Of a stretch of DNA of 48,952 bases, positions 44,801 to 48,952 are shown one piece after another. The stretch is from an uncultured Candidatus Saccharibacteria bacterium. Its GTDB lineage: Bacteria; Patescibacteriota; Minisyncoccia; Phycocordibacterales; CAIRYW01. Numbering within the stretch: the stretch's first letter is position 1; the number at the start of each line of letters is the position of its first letter. Below the pieces are notes generated by a model. The model was not told where the DNA came from, searched no databases, and saw only the letters and a list, made by a program, of their open reading frames with translations. Location: NCBI GenBank assembly GCA_964577785.1, contig CAZOAK010000003.1, forward strand, positions 1 through 48,952, in the 5' to 3' direction. The translations under genes were made by a program, and so were the position numbers.

Positions 44801-45526
44801 CGCTTTATCAATCGCGATTTCTAATTCATCCACAATCTTTTTAAGATCTAAATTCTTAAAAATATTATATACGGCTTCGGCACCAATAGATGCTTCAAAT
44901 ACTGTTCCATATTTCAAAGCGTATTTGTGGTAATGAACTTCGTCTAGAACTTTACCAACTTTGATACTATCTATTTCAACCTTTGTAGAAAGTAAGAGAT
45001 CTTTGATAACCTCTTTTGTTTTGTCATCAGTAATTGTTTTTATTTTTGCCTTAAATTCAGAATCCAAATCGCGAAGTACTCTCTCTTTTTCCTCCTCATT
45101 AACTTTAGTGATTAGATATCCAGCAAAATATACAACCTTCTCAACTTCTGCAGATGAGATTCCTAATACGAGAGAAATTCTAGATGGAATATTTCGGAGA
45201 AACCATATATGTGCAACAGGTGTCGAGAGTTCAATATGCCCCATTCTCTCACGTCGAACAATTGATCTTGTGATTTCTACTCCACATTTTTCACAAACAA
45301 TTCCTTTATATCTTATACCTTTATATTTACCACAGTAACATTCATAATCTCGATCTGGACCGAATATTTTTTCGTCAAATAATCCAGATTTTTCACTTCT
45401 CTGAGTTCTGTAGTTCATTGTCTCTGGCTTTGTAACTTCACCAAATGACCATTCTCTAATTCTCTCAGGAGATGCGACCTGGAGCGTAATGTAGTCAAAC
45501 TTTTTTGATTCTTTTCTTTTTATCAT
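41840..45526 (-). CDS. rpoC: RNA polymerase beta-prime subunit
   Basis: NADFDGD, zinc-binding CYCGKYK..CEKCG and trigger-loop/bridge-helix regions. Confidence 0.97.
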   Translation of the reverse strand: MIKRKESKKFDYITLQVASPERIREWSFGEVTKPETMNYRTQRSEKSGLFDEKIFGPDRDYECYCGKYKGIRYKGIVCEKCGVEITRSIVRRERMGHIELSTPVAHIWFLRNIPSRISLVLGISSAEVEKVVYFAGYLITKVNEEEKERVLRDLDSEFKAKIKTITDDKTKEVIKDLLLSTKVEIDSIKVGKVLDEVHYHKYALKYGTVFEASIGAEAVYNIFKNLDLKKIVDELEIAIDKANSQEREKINKRLAVLKNMLASGIRPEWMFITALPVIPAALRPMVALDGGRHATTDVNDLYRRVINRNNRLKKLKEIHAPEVILRNEKRILQEAVDALIDSSQRHGNAAYAGAGAAQRRVLKSLSDNLKGKRGLFRQNLLGKRVDYSGRSVIVVGPELDLNQCGLPKHMALEMFRPFVIAEILKQELAYNIRGASRLIEEGIPEVWAILEDVIKEKYVLLNRAPTLHRLGIQAFKPILIEGSAIRVHPLVCTAFNADFDGDTMAVHVPLSLEAQLEAKNIMSADKNILKPGSGNLIASVDKLDIVLGCYWMTSIVEGEKGEGKYFESFQSAICALNFREISYRAKITVIAPQEESLREKFKDIGDKHFETTVGRILFNELLPVDYPFVNKEVDKKTMASIMNDLMVRYGIDNLPKTLDKVKAFGFKYVTMSGITWGIDDIKVPEVKKDIINDAKKKSEEVTGQYNEGLLSEEERTRKNIEIWHGVKSKVEKVVLENLDKKGSVYTMFKSGARGSAAQITQMAGMKGLIQNASGETMELPILSSTKEGFNPIEYFINTHGSRKGLADTALNTAKAGYLTRRLFVAAQDVLITQMDCGTKEGIKLCKETASGIESPISKSIKGRVLLNDVKDGGGKTLFEKGHLLSGLDSEMIEKSGVEEVFVRSPLTCKSHEGICSMCYGMDLGRNKQVDLGEAVGTVAAQAIGEPGTQLTMRTFHGGGAASVGGDITQGLPRVEEVFEKRRPKTPAVVAYADGVVTDIQDNGKEKIITITAELGEKTGKKLAKKENGEYVVPRIRVPFVKIGDNVKKGDVITDGSADIDELFKNAGKNKAEEYIIGEIKKLYELQGEPVSRKHIEIIVRQMFSRVKIKSIGNTALVVGETVESSQLDEENEKVRANGGEEAKGESIVLGITDVSLSRQSFLSAASFQHTTRVLIQASVEGAKDELKGLMENVILGRLIPAGSGFKGSEKAKMIDDLKATFTDEAFVE

Positions 45527-45537
45527 AGTAGTTTTTA

Positions 45538-48500
45538 TTATTTATTATTTGTTACATTATCTCCACCCAAATCATCTGTCTTTTGTAAAGTTACGTCTAA
45601 GAGAAGACCACGAAGATTTGCTAATAATACATTGAATGATGCTGGTGAATTCGACTGTTCTATTCTGTCACCACGTACAATTGCATCGAATGTTGCTGAA
45701 CGTCCAACAATATCATCTGATTTTACAGTTAACATTTCCCGGAGCATATAAGCCACACCGTGACCAAGTAATGCCCACACCTCCATCTCTCCAAATCTCT
45801 GTCCTCCACCTTGAGCTTTACCTCCGAGTGGCTGTTGTGTAATAAGTGAGTACGGACCAATTGAACGCATGTGAATCTTCTCTTCAACCAAGTGATGCAC
45901 TTTAAGAATATCCATATAACCAATAGCGATTTGTTGTTTGAACGCCTCTCCAGTTCGCCCAGCAAATAGAGTTACCTTACCAGCCGCTTGGAATCCAGAT
46001 TTTACTAATTCCTCCTTGATCTCTGTATCTGTTGCTCCGATAAATGGAGGCACGATAGCTTGATAATTTAATGATTTTGCTGCAAGTCCTAAGTGAATTT
46101 CGAGAATCTGTCCCAAGTTCATACGTGATGGAACTCCAAGCGGTGTAAGAACCATGTCCACCGGCACTCCATCTTTGTCATAAGGCATATCTTCTTCTGG
46201 AAGCACGATTGAAATAACACCCTTGTTACCATGTCGTCCAGCGAGCTTATCTCCCACAGAAATATTTCGAAGTTGTGCAACTTCAATATGAATTCTCTTT
46301 ATAATTCCACTTTCTAATTTATCTCCTTTTTCACGAGAAAATACTTTAATATTTATTATTCTTCCTCTCTTTCCATTTTCCATTCTCTTTGAAGAATCTT
46401 TAACATCTCGAGATTTTTCTCCAAAAATAGAACGTAGCAATCTTTCTTCCGGAGTCAACTGTGTCTCACCTTTTGGTGTAATTTTACCCACAAGAATATC
46501 TCCAGGTCGAACTTCTGCACCAATACGCACAATACCTTCTTCGTCCAGGTTTTTAAGTTTATTTTCTCCAACGTTTGGAATATCAGGTGTAGTTACTTCA
46601 GGCCCAAGTTTAGTATCACGCACATTTACAATAAACTCTTCAATATGGATCGATGTAAATTTACTATCTTTAACAAGTCTCTCTGACAAAACAATCGCAT
46701 CTTCATAGTTCTGTCCAGACCATGTCATGAACGCAACTCGAACATTTTGTCCTATTGCCATTTCTCCATCAACAGTAGTAGATGCATCTGCAAGCACGTC
46801 CCCTTTCTTAATTTTATCTCCGAGTCTGATCTGTGGTCTCTGATGAAAAGATGTGAATTGGTTTGTTCTTTCAAATTGAGCTAGCACAAATTCAATTTCC
46901 TTTCCTTTTGTATTTTTTAATTTAATTTTATTTGCATCAACATAACTTATTACACCGTCTTCTGGAGCAATAACTATTCTACCAATGTCACGTGCAGCTT
47001 TTTCTTCAATACCTGTTGCAACAAGCGGAGCTTCAGGGATAACACAAGGAGTTGCCTGCTTCTGCATGTTCGATGCCATAAGTGCTCTGTTAGCTTCGTC
47101 ATGATTTAGAAAAGGAATCATTGAAGTAGCAATAGAGAAAGCTTCGTTAGTAGCAACGTCGATAAGCTGTACTTCTTTTTTGTCTACAAGTGTTGGCTTA
47201 CCTTTGATACGAACTTCAATATCTTCTTCTAAAAGAAGACCATCTTTATCAGTCGCAGTTGCTGCATGAGCAATAACGTACCCTTCTTCTTCAAGTGCAT
47301 TTAAATAAATTATTTCTTTTGTAACCTTACCGTTTTTTACTTTTGCATAAGGAGCTTCGATCATTCCGAATTCATTAACCCGAGCATATGAGGCAAGGTT
47401 AAGCACAAGACCAATGTTCTGACCTTCTGGTGTATGAATAGGACAGATTCTACCGTAATGAGATGGGTGCACGTCTCTAACTTCAAACGATGCTCTCTCA
47501 CGAGTAAGACCTCCAGGGCCAAGAGCTGAAATTCTGCGTAGGTGCTCAAGCTCTGTTAGGACGTTTTCCTGTTGCATGAACTGTGATAGCTGGTTTGTAT
47601 TAAAGAATTCTTTAATACGAGCCTGCAAAGGACGAGGTGAGATAAGTTGAATAGGTAGTGTTGCATCAGTATCAATTGTTGACATTCTGTTTTGAATATT
47701 CTTTTTGATTTGAGCCATACCAACACGAACTTTTTGTTGTAGAAGTTCACCCATAAATCTAACTCGTCTTGATCCTAAGTGGTCAATATCATCAGCATCT
47801 TCAGTAGGATTATTATTTAGGAATGCTAGGTGATTTATGATTGCAACAATGTCATCAAGAGAAATTGTCTTTCGTGTGAGAGACTTTTCGTCCATCGGTC
47901 TTTCAAATCTCTTATTGAATCTGTGTCGTCCAACACGAGAAATATCATATCTATCTTCATTAAATAGACTTGTTACGAATTCACGAGCATTTTCTGCAGT
48001 AGCCATTTCTCCATCACGAAGACGCTTGTGGATTTCCATACAAGCTTCATCTAATGTTTTAGCGTGATCTTTTACAAGAGTTGCATCTATATATTTCTTT
48101 GTGTCCTCATTACCTTTAAAAAGTTTTAGAATATCTTCATCTGTTTTTGCACCAAAAACTCGAAGGAGTGATGATATAGGAAACTTTCTTTTTCTGTCTA
48201 TACGTACAAATATTGCACCATCTGATTCTGTTTCAATCTCAACCCAAACTCCACGAGCAGGGATGATTTTAGCACCAAAATAGTTTTGAGCTTTTGTATC
48301 ACCAAGTGTGAAAAACACTCCAAAAGATCGTGCGAGCTGTGGCACGATGACTCTCTCAATACCATTTATAATAAATGTTCCTCTCTCAGTCATAACAGGA
48401 AAATCAGCCAAGAAAATTTCTTGCTCTTTTTCTCCTCCAAATACTTTATTCTTCAACTTAACAAAAATCTTAAATGGGGCTTCGTAGTTTATTTTGTTCT

Positions 48501-48780
48501 CTTTAGCATGTCTTTCATCATGCTTTGGTGTTCCAAGCTCAAACTTACCAAAAGAAAACTCAAACTTTTTACCAGAATAATCAGCGATGTTCTGGAATTC
48601 ATCAAAAACTTCTTTAAATCCTTTTTCGATGAGCCACTTATATGACTCAACTTGACCTTCAACCAAGTTTGGCAAAGGTGCCAATGGTTCCTTAAAATTT
48701 TTAAAATACTTCTTATTCTTCGTGTTGGCCGATAGACCAAGCACATGCGATACACCACCCTCAATTTGTGTTTTAGACAT
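45538..48780 (-). CDS. rpoB: RNA polymerase beta subunit
   Basis: GRHGNKGV, QRFGEMEVWAL and the rifampicin-cluster region SQFMQQ. Confidence 0.97.
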   Translation of the reverse strand: MSKTQIEGGVSHVLGLSANTKNKKYFKNFKEPLAPLPNLVEGQVESYKWLIEKGFKEVFDEFQNIADYSGKKFEFSFGKFELGTPKHDERHAKENKINYEAPFKIFVKLKNKVFGGEKEQEIFLADFPVMTERGTFIINGIERVIVPQLARSFGVFFTLGDTKAQNYFGAKIIPARGVWVEIETESDGAIFVRIDRKRKFPISSLLRVFGAKTDEDILKLFKGNEDTKKYIDATLVKDHAKTLDEACMEIHKRLRDGEMATAENAREFVTSLFNEDRYDISRVGRHRFNKRFERPMDEKSLTRKTISLDDIVAIINHLAFLNNNPTEDADDIDHLGSRRVRFMGELLQQKVRVGMAQIKKNIQNRMSTIDTDATLPIQLISPRPLQARIKEFFNTNQLSQFMQQENVLTELEHLRRISALGPGGLTRERASFEVRDVHPSHYGRICPIHTPEGQNIGLVLNLASYARVNEFGMIEAPYAKVKNGKVTKEIIYLNALEEEGYVIAHAATATDKDGLLLEEDIEVRIKGKPTLVDKKEVQLIDVATNEAFSIATSMIPFLNHDEANRALMASNMQKQATPCVIPEAPLVATGIEEKAARDIGRIVIAPEDGVISYVDANKIKLKNTKGKEIEFVLAQFERTNQFTSFHQRPQIRLGDKIKKGDVLADASTTVDGEMAIGQNVRVAFMTWSGQNYEDAIVLSERLVKDSKFTSIHIEEFIVNVRDTKLGPEVTTPDIPNVGENKLKNLDEEGIVRIGAEVRPGDILVGKITPKGETQLTPEERLLRSIFGEKSRDVKDSSKRMENGKRGRIINIKVFSREKGDKLESGIIKRIHIEVAQLRNISVGDKLAGRHGNKGVISIVLPEEDMPYDKDGVPVDMVLTPLGVPSRMNLGQILEIHLGLAAKSLNYQAIVPPFIGATDTEIKEELVKSGFQAAGKVTLFAGRTGEAFKQQIAIGYMDILKVHHLVEEKIHMRSIGPYSLITQQPLGGKAQGGGQRFGEMEVWALLGHGVAYMLREMLTVKSDDIVGRSATFDAIVRGDRIEQSNSPASFNVLLANLRGLLLDVTLQKTDDLGGDNVTNNK

Positions 48781-48805
48781 AAATTAGTTTCTCAATATCA
48801 AAACC

Positions 48806-48848
48806 AAAAAAAACAAAACGGTTCCTCCTTCGATAGAGAACTGTTTTG
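48806..48848 (-). terminator. hairpin plus long U-run upstream of rpoB (attenuator-like)
   Basis: The minus strand reads CAAAACAGUUC / 13-nt loop / GAACCGUUUUG, then UUUUUUUUGGUUUUG. The stem has one A-C mismatch. Confidence 0.45.
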
Positions 48849-48952
48849 GCTTCTTAAAGTTTAGTAGATGAGCAAGATGTTTAACTAAACGCTTATAATA
48901 AATATTGACAAGCTCTGAATAACACAATCTTGCTATGTCACGCGTGATTATA

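Overview
AT-rich, gene-dense bacterial window read with the standard code. Compact core genes (1080-aa RpoB, 1228-aa RpoC, 327-aa MetK, HisRS without an anticodon-binding domain) and many small membrane proteins suggest a reduced Patescibacteria/CPR-like genome; this is inference and no search was run. From 48.8 kb down to 30.4 kb everything is on the minus strand: rpoB-rpoC, dnaG-rpoD, then an accessory insert, then a UvrD-type helicase fused to a Cas4/AddB-like nuclease. The insert is the most unusual part: two divergent RAYT-type HUH (IS200-like) transposase genes, each surrounded by its own palindromic repeat family, bracket a 1138-aa secreted tail-fibre-like protein with a peptidase-S74 chaperone domain. 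The rest holds housekeeping and envelope genes: typA (broken), truB, hisS, a MacAB-like ABC/adaptor trio, mscL, metK behind a SAM-I-clan riboswitch, M24/M29 peptidases, an undecaprenyl-phosphate recycling cluster (dgkA, Nudix, uppP, DedA-PAP2 fusion), a ZIP-Fur-DUF305 operon divergent from an M10 protease across a 21-bp palindrome, an arginase-family gene and several small membrane proteins. Other noncoding signals are a conserved RNA-like motif present twice (2.2 kb and 11.5 kb), a three-helix structured element, a 47-nt repeated intergenic motif and many perfect bidirectional terminators. No tRNA, rRNA or CRISPR array was seen. All coordinates and counts were made by hand.
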